This document shows positions 26,349-37,003 of a stretch of DNA of 64,000 bases, one piece after another. Numbering within the stretch: the stretch's first letter is position 1; every line of letters begins with the position of its first letter. The notes beneath the pieces were generated by a model. The model was not told the origin of the DNA and made no database searches. It was given only the letters and a program-made list of their open reading frames with translations. Source of the DNA: Polyangiales bacterium (lineage in GTDB: Bacteria > Myxococcota_A > Polyangia > Polyangiales > JADJQN01); the NCBI GenBank assembly GCA_964202905.1, contig CAXNJO010000002.1:512001-576000 (forward strand), written 5' to 3'. A program made the translations under genes and the position numbers.

Positions 26349-27248
26349 TCAGTGGATGTCGCCCTCGCGCGGATCGCGCGGCGGGCCTGGCGGCGCGGCG
26401 GGCGGCGCCTGCACCGTCGCGGGCCGCACGACGAACTCGAGCGTCTTCGTCTCACCGGGCGCGAGCCGCACGGTCTGCACGGACTCCTCGACGAGCGGGT
26501 TCCACGCGTGGACACGGAGTTCGACGTTCGCCTGGACGCGCTCGATCCGGAAGCGCCCGTCCGCGCCCGACACCGCGTGCAGCGGGTGGACGAGCGTCAT
26601 CACGTCGGTACGCCCGCACGCGGCACCGAAGGCGTTGCACGCGAGCGTCCGCGGCCCGACGCGGCCGAGCGTGAACTCGCGCGTCTGCCCTTTCACGAGG
26701 GCCTGCGTGATGCCGGGCCCCTCACCGCCCGTGGGCAGGAACGGATAGTCCGTCTCGTTGGTCAGCCGTACGCGGTCGCCCACGGTCGCATCGAGAAAGG
26801 GAATGTCGAGCATGCAATCGCGGATCGCGACCTCATGCGTGACGGGCGTCGGAGGCGGGGCCCAGCTGAAACCCGTCGGCGCGATGAGCACACCGGAGAC
26901 GGCCCGCGTGGCGGGGTCAGCGACGCGCGCCGATTGCGTGTCGACGAGTTTCGGAGGCCCGCACACCTCGGGTCGCTGCACGGGCGATCCAGGGGGCCGT
27001 GGCATCAGCGCCTCGGGCCACGAGGACGGCGCCGTGCCCTCGGCGAATCGCACGACCCCGACGAGCGTGCCAGTGGGCGGCGGCGCGGGAGGCGGCGGCT
27101 CGGGTGCCTTCGCCGGCGCGTTGGCAGCGGCCCCCGAAGCCGGGGTCGGGGTCCCCGAAGCCGGCGCCTCGCGCGGGCCGCACGCCGCGAAGGACAGGCA
27201 GAGGCAGAGTGACAAGGCGAGGCCGGACAGTGCGTTGCGTGCGCGCAT
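26349..27248 (-). CDS. Lipoprotein with cupredoxin/carboxypeptidase-regulatory-like domains
   Basis: Lipobox FAAC, Pro/Ala linker, GTLVGVVRF, HPLHAVSGADGRFRI. Confidence 0.7.
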   Translation of the reverse strand: MRARNALSGLALSLCLCLSFAACGPREAPASGTPTPASGAAANAPAKAPEPPPPAPPPTGTLVGVVRFAEGTAPSSWPEALMPRPPGSPVQRPEVCGPPKLVDTQSARVADPATRAVSGVLIAPTGFSWAPPPTPVTHEVAIRDCMLDIPFLDATVGDRVRLTNETDYPFLPTGGEGPGITQALVKGQTREFTLGRVGPRTLACNAFGAACGRTDVMTLVHPLHAVSGADGRFRIERVQANVELRVHAWNPLVEESVQTVRLAPGETKTLEFVVRPATVQAPPAAPPGPPRDPREGDIH

Positions 27249-27301
27249 TGGCGGCGTTCTAGCAGGGATTCACGACCATCGCGCGCCCGGACGCGCGGGG
27301 C

Positions 27302-28336
27302 TCACCAGCGCACGAGCGCGCTCCCCCACGCGATGCCGCCACCCAGCGCGCAGAAGAGGAGCGTCTGCCCGGACCGCACCGAGCCGCCGCGGACCGCCTC
27401 GTCGAGCGCGATGGGAATCGAGGCGCTCGAGGTGTTGCCGTAGCGCTCGATGTTCAAGAAGAAGCGCTCGAGCGGGATGCCGCAGCGCTTCGCGACGACG
27501 TCGAGGATGCGGAGGTTGGCCTGATGCGGCACCACCCAGGCGACGTCGTCCGCGCCCAGCCCGTTCGCCTCGAGCGCGGTGAGGCTCGCCGACGACAGGT
27601 TCTTCACCGCGATCTTGAAGATCTCCGAGCCGACCATGTGCACGAGGTGTTGACCGGCGCGCACCGTGTCGAGCGTGGTGGGGCATGCCGAGCCGCCCGC
27701 AGGGATGTTCAGCGTCTCTGCGAGCGAGCCATCCGCGAAGAGATGCGTCGAGAGAATGCCCGCGCCGTCACCGCGAGCGGCGCTGACGACGACCGCGCCT
27801 GCGCCATCACCGAAGAGGATGCACGTGCCACGGTCGGACCAGTTCACGACGCGCGAGAGGAGCTCGACCCCGACGACGAGGACATGCCGCGCGGCGCCCG
27901 CCGACACGAACTGATCGGCGACCGAGAGTCCGTAGAGAAAACCCGCACAGGCGGCGCCGAGATCGAAGCCGGGACAATCCGCGCGCGCACCGATCTTTCG
28001 CTGCACGAACATGGCCGTCGACGGGAGCGGCATGTCGGGCGTCACCGTGCACACGATGATGAGGTCCAACTCCGTCGCCGCGATCCCCGCTGCCTCGAGC
28101 GCACTGCGTGCCGCCGCCGCCGCCATGTCGCTCGTCAGCTCGCCCTCGGCCGCGACGCGCCGCTCGCGGATCCCCGTGCGCTCGACGATCCAGGCGTCGG
28201 AGGTGTCGACCATCCGCTCGAGATCCGCGTTCGAGCGGACCTGCGCAGGTACATACTTGCCCGTGCCCGCGATGCGGGAGCGCGGAGTTCGCGGGGCGCG
28301 CGCGCCCGCGTGGTTGCTCGACGGCGTGTCGTCCAT
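27302..28336 (-). CDS. fabH: 3-oxoacyl-ACP synthase III
   Basis: WIVERTGIRERR, AACAGF, LFGDGAGA, PHQAN, YGNTSSAS. Confidence 0.96.
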   Translation of the reverse strand: MDDTPSSNHAGARAPRTPRSRIAGTGKYVPAQVRSNADLERMVDTSDAWIVERTGIRERRVAAEGELTSDMAAAAARSALEAAGIAATELDLIIVCTVTPDMPLPSTAMFVQRKIGARADCPGFDLGAACAGFLYGLSVADQFVSAGAARHVLVVGVELLSRVVNWSDRGTCILFGDGAGAVVVSAARGDGAGILSTHLFADGSLAETLNIPAGGSACPTTLDTVRAGQHLVHMVGSEIFKIAVKNLSSASLTALEANGLGADDVAWVVPHQANLRILDVVAKRCGIPLERFFLNIERYGNTSSASIPIALDEAVRGGSVRSGQTLLFCALGGGIAWGSALVRW

Positions 28337-28567
28337 GTCGGGCGTGACTCTAACCGCGGCGGCCCGCACAGGATAGACGCGAAGTGGCGATTCAACCGCG
28401 GCGAGAGAGCGCCGCGCCAAGTCCAACAGCGCGAGGTGCTCCGCGTCGCACACCACGCCGCGGAACGACTGCGTGAACCTCACGAACAGGGCGCGGGGAC
28501 TCCACCGACGAGGGCCGCAAACACTGCGCTGCAGGCGGCCGCGAACGCGGCCACCGTGGGTCCGGGC

Positions 28568-30076
28568 TCAGGCGGGCGCGCCGACGAGGCGACGCGCAGC
28601 CTCGAGCGCCCACGAGAGGTACGCATCCGGCGCGAGGCCCATGCGCAGGACGAAGTACGCGGCCAGCAGCAGCGCCACGGCCACGTAGCCCGACTTCATC
28701 GGAATGGCGATGGTCTGACCCTCGCGCGGGTCCTTCATGAACATCATGACGACCACACGAAGGTAGTAATACGCGCCGACCACGGAGGACAGCACGCCGA
28801 GCACGGCGAGGGCGATCATGCCGCCGCCCGCCTGCACCGCGGCGTTGAACACGTAGTACTTCGCGAAGAAGCCCGCCGTCGGGGGGAAGCCCATCAGCGA
28901 CAAGACGCCAAGGATGAACGGGAGCGCGACGAGCGGGTGACGACGTCCAACGCCGGCGAGGTCGTCGTAGCTCACGGCCTCACGGCCCCGGCTGCCCACG
29001 AGCACGAGCGAACCGAACGCGAGCGCGTTCGAGACGGTGTACGCGGCGAGGTAGAAGAGCACCGCGCTGACGGCCACTGCGCCCTGTGAGGGCAGCGCGA
29101 CGAAGCCGACCAGAACGTATCCCGCGTGCGCGATCGAGGAATACGCCAGCATGCGCTTGACGTTCGTCTGCACTGCCGCCGCGAGGTTTCCGACGACCAT
29201 CGTCAGCGCGGCGAGCGCCGCGAGGACCGTCGGCCAACCCGTCGTGACACTGGCGGTGAGCGGGTCGGAGAAGCCGGTGACCAACACACGGAGCAGCACC
29301 GCGAACGCCGCCGTCTTGACGGCCACGCTCATGAACGTGGTGACCGGGGTGATCGCGCCCTCGTAGGCGTCGGGTGTCCACTGGTGGAAGGGCACCGCGC
29401 TCACCTTGAACACGAGCCCGACGATCACGAGCAGCATGCCGAAGAGAACGAGCCGCGAGTCCGCATCGCCACCACGGATGGCGGCGCCGATGCCCGCGAA
29501 ATCGGTGTGCCCGGTCGCGCCGTAGAGGAGCGCGCTTCCGAACAGCAGGATGGCGGCCGCGAACGACCCGAGCAGGAAGTACTTGAGCGCGCCCTCGGCC
29601 GACCGCGGGCTCGTGCGGCGGAAGGCGACGAGTGAGTACACTCCGAGCGACATCGTCTCGAGGCCGATGAACAGCGTGAGCATGTCGGTCGCGCGTGCGA
29701 GCACGATGGCGCCGAACGCGCTGAAGAGAATGAGCGGATAGAACTCACCGCGCTCGAGCTCGTGCTCACGCAGGTAGCCGCCCGCCAGCAACACCGAGAA
29801 GGCCGCACCGGCGCAGATGACCACGTCGAAGAAGAGCGACACGCGGTCCGTGGCGATCCACGCGACGATCCAGTCGGGGCCGCGCGTTGCGCCCTTCACC
29901 CAGAGCGCGACCGACAGCCCGCCCGCGGCGAGCAGCACGACCGTGGTGAGCGTCGCCAGTTCGGCGCGCTGCGCGTTGGCGCCCTTCGGCGCGAACGCAT
30001 CGACCATCATGATCGCGAGACCGCCGAAGAGGAGGCAGAGGAGCGGGGCGAGGTACAGCAGGTCCGCGGCGGTCAC
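28568..30076 (-). CDS. nuoN: NADH-quinone oxidoreductase subunit N
   Basis: EGALKYFLLGS, FKVSAVPFHQWTPDAYEGA, KRMLAYSSIAHAGY. Confidence 0.96.
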   Translation of the reverse strand: MTAADLLYLAPLLCLLFGGLAIMMVDAFAPKGANAQRAELATLTTVVLLAAGGLSVALWVKGATRGPDWIVAWIATDRVSLFFDVVICAGAAFSVLLAGGYLREHELERGEFYPLILFSAFGAIVLARATDMLTLFIGLETMSLGVYSLVAFRRTSPRSAEGALKYFLLGSFAAAILLFGSALLYGATGHTDFAGIGAAIRGGDADSRLVLFGMLLVIVGLVFKVSAVPFHQWTPDAYEGAITPVTTFMSVAVKTAAFAVLLRVLVTGFSDPLTASVTTGWPTVLAALAALTMVVGNLAAAVQTNVKRMLAYSSIAHAGYVLVGFVALPSQGAVAVSAVLFYLAAYTVSNALAFGSLVLVGSRGREAVSYDDLAGVGRRHPLVALPFILGVLSLMGFPPTAGFFAKYYVFNAAVQAGGGMIALAVLGVLSSVVGAYYYLRVVVMMFMKDPREGQTIAIPMKSGYVAVALLLAAYFVLRMGLAPDAYLSWALEAARRLVGAPA

Positions 30077-31692
30077 TGCGCACCTCCGGGGGCGATCACT
30101 CGGACCTCGGCGCGCGCGCCAGCAGCGCCGGGCAGAGCCGGCGCGAGCCGGGCATCCGCGAGGTCGACCGTTGCGTTTCGCTTCTGCACATAGCCCTCGA
30201 TGAAGGCGTTCACACTCGGCTCCATCCGCGAAAGGAACATGCCCGGATAGAGACCAATCCAGAAGATGAGGACCACGAGCGGCGCGAGCGCGAAGGCCTC
30301 GCGGCGCGTGAGATCCGGCAGGGCGCGGTTCTCGGCCTTGTCGAGCGGGCCCCAGAACATCTTGAGAACCGCGTGCAGCATGTAGACCGCTGCGAGGACC
30401 ACACCGGTCGCGGCCGACGCGGAGAAGACGCGCGCGTACGGCAGCGCCTCGCTCGAGAAGGCCCCGCTCAGGATCATGAACTCGCCGACAAAACCGTTCG
30501 TGCCGGGGAGACCGACCGAACTCATCGTGACGATGACGAACACGACGGCGTAATACGGCATCACCTTCGCGAGGCCGCCGAAGGCGTCGAGATCACGTGT
30601 GTGGCGGCGCTCGTAGATGACGCCCACGAGGAGGAACAGGGCGCCGGTGGAGACGCCGTGGGACACCATCTGAAGGATGGCTCCCGAGATACCCTGCGTG
30701 GTGAGGGAGAAGAGGCCGAGCATCACGAAGCCGAGGTGGCTCACGGAACTGTAGGCGACGAGCTTCTTGACGTCCTTCTGCACCCAGGCGCAGTAGGCTC
30801 CGTACACGATTCCGATGACGGCGAACACCGCGAGCGTCGGCCCGAGGAAGTGGCTGGCCACCGGGAAGAGCGGCATCGCGAAGCGAAGGAAGCCGTAGGC
30901 GCCCATCTTGAGCAGGACGGCCGCCAGGATCACCGAGCCGCCCGTCGGCGCCTGCACGTGCGCATCCGGAAGCCAGGTGTGAAACGGAAACATGGGGACT
31001 TTGACCGCGAAGGCGAGCGCGAAGGCACCGAAGCACAGGTACTGGACCGCAGGCGGCAGCTGCACGCGCCCGAGCTCGGCGAGGTCGAAGCTGTAGTTGC
31101 CGGCGAGGCGCTCGTATTCGGAGACGAGGTAAAGCAGCGCCACGAGCATCAGCAAGGAGCCGACCATCGTGTAGATGAAGAACTTCACGGCCGCGTACAC
31201 GCGGTCCTTGCCGCCCCAGATGCCGATGATGAGATACATCGGCACCAGCATCAGCTCCCAAAACACATAGAAGAGGAAGAGATCGAGGGAGACGAAGGCG
31301 CCGATCATCCCGCACTCGAGCAGGAGGAAGGCGATCGCAAACTCCTTGATCTTCGTCTCCACCGACTGCCAGGAGCCGTAGAGCGCGATGGGCGTCAGGG
31401 CCGTGGTCAAGACCACGAGCCAGAGCGAGATACCGTCCACGCCCAGCTTGTACTGGATGCCGAGTCCCTCGACCCACGTGTGCGCCTCTACGAACTGATA
31501 GCCCGCGCTCGACCAGTCCACCGGGTCGAGGTGCCGGGTGATCAGCAGGCGGAGACTGAGCACGAACTCGACGAGCATCACGCCCACCGAGAACCCGCGC
31601 AGGGTGCGAAGGTACTGCCGCGGCGTGAACATCGCGACGAGCGCGCCAAAGAGCGGCAGAAACAGCAGGATCGAGAGCAGATGGCGGCTCAT
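30073..31692 (-). CDS. nuoM: NADH-quinone oxidoreductase subunit M
   Basis: FYVFWELMLVPMY, KVPMFPFHTWLPDAHVQAP, KKLVAYSSVSHLG. Confidence 0.96.
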   Translation of the reverse strand: MSRHLLSILLFLPLFGALVAMFTPRQYLRTLRGFSVGVMLVEFVLSLRLLITRHLDPVDWSSAGYQFVEAHTWVEGLGIQYKLGVDGISLWLVVLTTALTPIALYGSWQSVETKIKEFAIAFLLLECGMIGAFVSLDLFLFYVFWELMLVPMYLIIGIWGGKDRVYAAVKFFIYTMVGSLLMLVALLYLVSEYERLAGNYSFDLAELGRVQLPPAVQYLCFGAFALAFAVKVPMFPFHTWLPDAHVQAPTGGSVILAAVLLKMGAYGFLRFAMPLFPVASHFLGPTLAVFAVIGIVYGAYCAWVQKDVKKLVAYSSVSHLGFVMLGLFSLTTQGISGAILQMVSHGVSTGALFLLVGVIYERRHTRDLDAFGGLAKVMPYYAVVFVIVTMSSVGLPGTNGFVGEFMILSGAFSSEALPYARVFSASAATGVVLAAVYMLHAVLKMFWGPLDKAENRALPDLTRREAFALAPLVVLIFWIGLYPGMFLSRMEPSVNAFIEGYVQKRNATVDLADARLAPALPGAAGARAEVRVIAPGGAQ

Positions 31693-34688
31693 CGTGCACC
31701 TCCGGGAGCGTCCGCACGGGCTTCGGTGGCGGGGCGCTCCGGCTGAACCACGACGTCGACCGTGTCATCCACCGTGTACCCAAAGGCGTTGCGAACCTCG
31801 ACCGTCGCGCTGACGACCGCCGCGACACGCACGAGCGCGTTGCCGACCTGCGCGACCTCGCCCGGGCGCAGCCGCGTCTCCGGCTCGGTGACCTCGGCCC
31901 CGCGGACGCGTACGCGAGCACCGTTCGGCCGGAGGATGGCCTCGCCCGAGTCGAGCGCGACCACGTGGACGCCCCGCGCGGTCTCGGCGACCGCCACCCG
32001 CGCACCGCGCTCGAAGTGGACGTCTGTCCCGTCTGCGAGCTTCACGTGACCATCGACCCCGTCTTCGCCAGCCATCGCGCCGAGCCGCGTTCGCTCCTCG
32101 TCGTTGGTGGCTCGGGCGCGGGCGATCTCGACGGTGCTCTCGCCCGACGCGATGCGCTCGGCGAGCGACTCGGCCTCCTCGAGGGTCGCCGAGTGCGCGA
32201 GGCCGCCGCGCGGCGCGAAGGGCAGGAACAGGTCGCGCACGGGGACGGTCCACCGGATCGCGGGGACGGTGTCGTCCACCGGAGCGGTGCCCCCAGCGGC
32301 TGCCGCGGCGCCATCGGCCGCGGGGCCGCGTACCCAGTCGGGCCCAAGGTCGGCGGCGTCGAACGCGTGCGGCTCGCCGCCATGGAGCACGATCTCGCGG
32401 TCGCGCTGCCCCGGGCGCAGCGTCGTGAGGACGATCGCGCCCCCTCGGAAGTCGCTCGGCTGGTAGTTCCCGTCGACCGCGCGCTCGGCGCTCCAAGGCG
32501 TCTCGAACTCGCCGTCGGCGTTCGTGTCGAAGCGGTACTCGTAGCCCAGGCCGCTCGCCGCTTGGAGTTTCACCTGCGTCCCGCGCACCACGTGTTGAAG
32601 ACCCGGATGCGGGACCACAAACCACCAGACGATGCCAGCGAGCCCCACGACCATCACCGCGCCATACATGGAGACAGCGCCGGTCTGCACGCGCGTCACG
32701 AGCCAGCCGGCGGCGAGCGCGAGAGACGACGTGGCCTTCGTCAGGAGCGTGTCGATGAACAATTTGTCGAAGTTCGCGGCGAACCGCGCGAGCCACGCCA
32801 TCGGGCGGATGAGGACCAACGCGTAGAGTTCGTCGACGCGCCACTTGTCCATCAGCAACGCCTGCAGACGCGGGAGCGACGCCGCGATGCGGGCGGGGGT
32901 CGAGCCGTCTTCCTTCACATACCAGACGTACGCGAGACCGATCCCGCCGAGCCCGACCAAGGTGCCGACGCCCATCGCCGTCGCGCCAATCGCGGCGGAC
33001 ACGTGCGCCCCCTCCGCGAGGGGCAGCCGGGCAATCGAGGGCTCGAGCCAATGCTCCCACACGTTCGGGAGACCGAGCCAGTGGGGCAGCCCGAGGAAGC
33101 CGACGAAGCCCGCGCCCGCCGCGAGCACGACGAGCGGCAAAGTCATCGCCCAAGGAGACTCGTGCGGCTCGGCGTGGCCGTGATCGTCGTGGCCGTGCGC
33201 GTGGTCCGCGTGGCCCTGGCCGCCTCGGAACTCGCCTTCGAATGCGAGGAAGTAGAGCCGAAACATGTAGAAGGCGGTCATGAATGCCGCGACCGCGAGC
33301 ATCGCGAACACCACCCAGCCGACCCAACGCGGGTAATCGGCCCAGGGCCCCGTGCCGATGAACGCGGCGCCGAGGAGGATGTCGTCCTTCGAGAAGAAGC
33401 CGCTCGTGAGCGGGAACCCCGCGATCGCGAAACAGCTGAGGAGGAAGGTCCAGCGCGTCACCGGCATGAACTTCTTCATCCCGCCGAGCTCGCGAAGATC
33501 CGCGTCGCCGTGCGCGTGCACCGCGTGCATCACGGAGCCCGCGCCGAGGAAGAGACAGGCCTTGAAGAAGGCGTGCGTGAAGACGTGGAAGAAGCCGCCG
33601 GCAAAAGCGCCGACGCCGACGCCCGCGAACATGAAGCCCAGCTGACTCACGGTGGAGTACGCCAAGATCTTCTTCATCTGGTTCTGCACGAGCGCGATCG
33701 AGGCGGCGAAGAGCGCCGTCGTGGCGCCGACGAGGGCGATGAACGCCATCGCGCCCGGCGACATCAGGAAGACACCCGAGAGGCGCACCACGAGGTAGAC
33801 GCCCGCGGTGACCATCGTCGCGGCGTGGATGAGCGCGGAGACGGGCGTCGGGCCGGCCATCGCGTCCGGAAGCCAGACGTAGAGGGGGAGTTGGGCGCTC
33901 TTGCCGGCGCAGCCGAGGAAGAGGAAGAGGCACGCGGCGGTGCCGGTCGTCAGGAACGCGATCGTGTGCGTTTGATCGAGCTTGAGCGGGATCGCGAGGC
34001 TGCTCGCGTTGGCGTTGATCTCGGCGAACTCGAAGGACGCCGTGGTGGCGACCAAGAGGAACATGCCGAGCAGCACGCCGAAGTCACCGATGCGGTTGAC
34101 GATGAACGCCTTCTTGCCCGCGGCGGCGTAGGTCGGGTTCTCCCACCAGAAACCGATCAGCAGGTACGAGCAGAGGCCGACGCCCTCCCAGCCCACGAAC
34201 ATGAGCGGCATGTTCGAGGCGAGCACCAGGATGAGCATGCTCGCGGTGAACAGATTGAGATACGTGAAGAACCGCGCGTAGGACGGGTCCTCTTCCATGT
34301 ACGAGCTGGCGTACAGGTGGATGAGGAGGCCAATCCCCGTGATGACGAGCGTCATCACGGCGCTGAGGTGGTCCATCAGCAGCGCGACGCGCACGGGGAT
34401 CACGGCGTCGCCGACGCGGACGCTGAACCAGTCGTAGACGACGTTGACCAGCTTGGTCGTCGCCTCAACCTCGCCATCGGCCGCGGCGTGCCCCGACAGG
34501 GAGACGAGCTTCGCGAAGCACGCGAGCGCGAGCGCGAAGGAGAGCCCCACGGAACCGATGGCGATGGCGCGTACGAGGCCGCGCGAGGCGTAGCGACCAC
34601 TGATGCCGTTGACGAGCGCGCCGAGTAGCGGCAGCAGCACGATCCACATCAGCGCGCGGCCGAAGTCCCAGCCGAAGGCGAAGTCCAT
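31689..34688 (-). CDS. nuoL: NADH-quinone oxidoreductase subunit L with ~300-aa C-terminal soluble extension
   Basis: GWEGVGLCSYLLIGF, GKSAQLPLYVWLPDAMAGPTPVSALIHAATMV; 999 aa. Confidence 0.95.
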   Translation of the reverse strand: MDFAFGWDFGRALMWIVLLPLLGALVNGISGRYASRGLVRAIAIGSVGLSFALALACFAKLVSLSGHAAADGEVEATTKLVNVVYDWFSVRVGDAVIPVRVALLMDHLSAVMTLVITGIGLLIHLYASSYMEEDPSYARFFTYLNLFTASMLILVLASNMPLMFVGWEGVGLCSYLLIGFWWENPTYAAAGKKAFIVNRIGDFGVLLGMFLLVATTASFEFAEINANASSLAIPLKLDQTHTIAFLTTGTAACLFLFLGCAGKSAQLPLYVWLPDAMAGPTPVSALIHAATMVTAGVYLVVRLSGVFLMSPGAMAFIALVGATTALFAASIALVQNQMKKILAYSTVSQLGFMFAGVGVGAFAGGFFHVFTHAFFKACLFLGAGSVMHAVHAHGDADLRELGGMKKFMPVTRWTFLLSCFAIAGFPLTSGFFSKDDILLGAAFIGTGPWADYPRWVGWVVFAMLAVAAFMTAFYMFRLYFLAFEGEFRGGQGHADHAHGHDDHGHAEPHESPWAMTLPLVVLAAGAGFVGFLGLPHWLGLPNVWEHWLEPSIARLPLAEGAHVSAAIGATAMGVGTLVGLGGIGLAYVWYVKEDGSTPARIAASLPRLQALLMDKWRVDELYALVLIRPMAWLARFAANFDKLFIDTLLTKATSSLALAAGWLVTRVQTGAVSMYGAVMVVGLAGIVWWFVVPHPGLQHVVRGTQVKLQAASGLGYEYRFDTNADGEFETPWSAERAVDGNYQPSDFRGGAIVLTTLRPGQRDREIVLHGGEPHAFDAADLGPDWVRGPAADGAAAAAGGTAPVDDTVPAIRWTVPVRDLFLPFAPRGGLAHSATLEEAESLAERIASGESTVEIARARATNDEERTRLGAMAGEDGVDGHVKLADGTDVHFERGARVAVAETARGVHVVALDSGEAILRPNGARVRVRGAEVTEPETRLRPGEVAQVGNALVRVAAVVSATVEVRNAFGYTVDDTVDVVVQPERPATEARADAPGGAR

Positions 34689-34700
34689 GGTCAGTCTCTC

Positions 34701-35009
34701 TCAGTGCTTCAGCAGGTCGACCGAATCGCTCTGAACGGACTTCTTCAGGCGATAGACGCTGATGACGATCGCGAGGCCGACCGCGGCCTCTGCAGCGGCG
34801 ATCGCGATGTTGAAAAACGCGAAGACCTGCCCCGCGTGGTTGCCCGGCATCCAACGATTGATGGCGACGAGCGTGAGGTTCACCGCGTTGAGCATCAGCT
34901 CGATGCTCATCAGCTGGATGAGAACGTTGCGACGAACGAGAAAGCCGATCGCGCCGATCCCGAAGAGGACCGACGCGAGGCCGATGAAGTGTCCGAGGCT
35001 GAGGTCCAT
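34701..35009 (-). CDS. nuoK: NADH-quinone oxidoreductase subunit K
   Basis: RRN...MSIELMLNAVN, AAAEAAVGLAI. Confidence 0.96.
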   Translation of the reverse strand: MDLSLGHFIGLASVLFGIGAIGFLVRRNVLIQLMSIELMLNAVNLTLVAINRWMPGNHAGQVFAFFNIAIAAAEAAVGLAIVISVYRLKKSVQSDSVDLLKH

Positions 35010-35022
35010 CAGTTCCTTGCCT

Positions 35023-35616
35023 TCACTGGCCGCCCGCCGACGCGCGGGCGAGCTTCCGGGCCTTCAGCGCCTCGGTCTCGTCGGCCGAGCGCCCCCGCGC
35101 GACCGCGATCGCGCCGAGGATCGCGACGAGCAGCAACACCGACACGAGCTCGAACGGGAGGGCGGCCGCGCCGTAGAGGACGCCGCCGAGGGCCTTCACG
35201 CCGCCGTACTGACCGCACTCCGCGCCGGCTCCGGGCGGGCAGTTCTCGACGCCGGCGAGCATGCGTGGTGCGTAATCGATCAGGGCGAACGAGATCGCGC
35301 CCATGACGAGCGCCATCAAGCCGCCGGAAGCCGTTCGGACGAGGAGGCCGCGGGTGCCGAGCCCCGTCTCCGCGGACGGGCCGATGAGCATGATGACGAA
35401 GACGAAGAGCACGACGACCGCGCCCGCGTAGACGATCAGCTGGATCGCCGCGAGCAGGTGGGCGTGCAGGACGAGGTACATCCCCGCGAGCGAAATGATG
35501 TGGAAGAGCAGCCCGACCGCGGCGCGGATGGGGCTGCGCATCGCGACGGTGGCGATGGCGGACAGGACCGCGAGCGCCGCCGCGAACCAGAAGACCAACT
35601 CACCCGAGCCGCTCAT
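35023..35616 (-). CDS. nuoJ: NADH-quinone oxidoreductase subunit J
   Basis: QLIVYAGAVVVLFVFVIML, PFELVSVLLLVAILGA. Confidence 0.95.
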   Translation of the reverse strand: MSGSGELVFWFAAALAVLSAIATVAMRSPIRAAVGLLFHIISLAGMYLVLHAHLLAAIQLIVYAGAVVVLFVFVIMLIGPSAETGLGTRGLLVRTASGGLMALVMGAISFALIDYAPRMLAGVENCPPGAGAECGQYGGVKALGGVLYGAAALPFELVSVLLLVAILGAIAVARGRSADETEALKARKLARASAGGQ

Positions 35617-36998
35617 GCAGCCCTCCCACCGAGGAGCGAGACGACCGCGCGGTCGAGGCGACCGTCGGCGACGCCGCCCTTGCGCGCCGCCTCGAGGAAC
35701 TCGCCCCGGAACTTCCGCACGAAGGCGAGCATCGGCATCGCGGTTCCGTCGGCGAGCGCGCAGATCGTGTTGCCCATCATGTTGTTGGAGACGTCGACGA
35801 GGAGGTCGACGTCGGCCTCGGTCGCCTCGCCATCGACGATCCGATCGCAGATCTCAGCGAGCCAGCCCGTGCCCTCGCGGCAGGGCGTGCACTGCCCGCA
35901 CGATTCGTGGTGGTAGAAGCGCATGAGGTTGCGCGCGGCCTCGACCATGTTGACCGAGGAGTCCATCACGATGGCGCAGCAGGTACCGAGCATCGTGCCG
36001 AGGCCACGCATGGTGTCGACGCCCATGGGGACGTCGATGTGCGACTTGCCGTGCCACGCGTGGAGCGGGTGCGCTGCATCGGGGGCGTGGACGACGTCCT
36101 CGGGACGCAGCACGGGGGTCGAGGAGCCACCGGGGATCACCGCCTTGAGCGGGCGGGCGGGGTCCAACATGCCGCCGCAACGCTCGATCATCTCGCGGAG
36201 CGTGAGGCCGACGGGCCCCTCGAAGACGTGCGGGTTCTTGACGTGGCCGCTCACGCCGTAGAGACGCGTGCCACCGTCGTTCGGGAGACGCGAGAGCGCC
36301 GACCACGCGGCGCCGCCGAGCTTGAGGATGTCAGGGACCGAGGCGATCGTCTCGACGTTGTTGACGATCGTCGGCATGCCAAACGCGCCGGACACCGCCG
36401 GGAAAGGCGGCTTGAGGCGCGGCTCGCCGCGGTAGCCCTCGAGCGAGTTGAGGAGAGAGGTCTCCTCGCCGCAGATGTAGGCGCCGGCGCCGGGGTGGAC
36501 GTGAATGTCCATCGGGTGATCGACGCCGAAGGGCTTCGGACCGAGGAGTCCGCGCGCCCGGAGGTCCCGAATGCCCTGCTCGAGTCGCTGGATCGAGACG
36601 ACGAGCTCGCAGCGGACGTAGATGTACGTGACGTTAGCCCCGATCGCGCGCATCGCGATCATGCACCCCTCGAGCAGGCGGTGCGGGTCGTTCTCCATGA
36701 GCGTGCGGTCTTTGAACGTCCCGGGCTCGCCCTCGTCGGCGTTGATGACGAGATAGACGGGCTTGTTCGGGTCCTTCGGTGGGAGGAAGCCCCACTTCAC
36801 GCCGGCGGGGAAGCCGGCGCCTCCGCGGCCGCGGATGTTGGCGGCCTTGACCTCCGCCTTGATGGCGTCGGGCTGCATGGTCGTCAGCGCCGTGCGAGCG
36901 GTCGCGTAGGCGCCCGCCTTTTCGGCGGCGGCGAGCGTGTGGCTCCCGGGGAGTCCGTAGCGGTCGGTGAGGAGGCGCGAGGTGTCGATCGCGGACAT
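35613..36998 (-). CDS. nuoF: NADH-quinone oxidoreductase subunit F
   Basis: RGRGGAGFP, NADEGEPGTFKDR, GAGAYICGEETSL, ESCGQCTPCREG. Confidence 0.96.
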   Translation of the reverse strand: MSAIDTSRLLTDRYGLPGSHTLAAAEKAGAYATARTALTTMQPDAIKAEVKAANIRGRGGAGFPAGVKWGFLPPKDPNKPVYLVINADEGEPGTFKDRTLMENDPHRLLEGCMIAMRAIGANVTYIYVRCELVVSIQRLEQGIRDLRARGLLGPKPFGVDHPMDIHVHPGAGAYICGEETSLLNSLEGYRGEPRLKPPFPAVSGAFGMPTIVNNVETIASVPDILKLGGAAWSALSRLPNDGGTRLYGVSGHVKNPHVFEGPVGLTLREMIERCGGMLDPARPLKAVIPGGSSTPVLRPEDVVHAPDAAHPLHAWHGKSHIDVPMGVDTMRGLGTMLGTCCAIVMDSSVNMVEAARNLMRFYHHESCGQCTPCREGTGWLAEICDRIVDGEATEADVDLLVDVSNNMMGNTICALADGTAMPMLAFVRKFRGEFLEAARKGGVADGRLDRAVVSLLGGRAA

Positions 36999-37003
36999 GG
37001 CGG

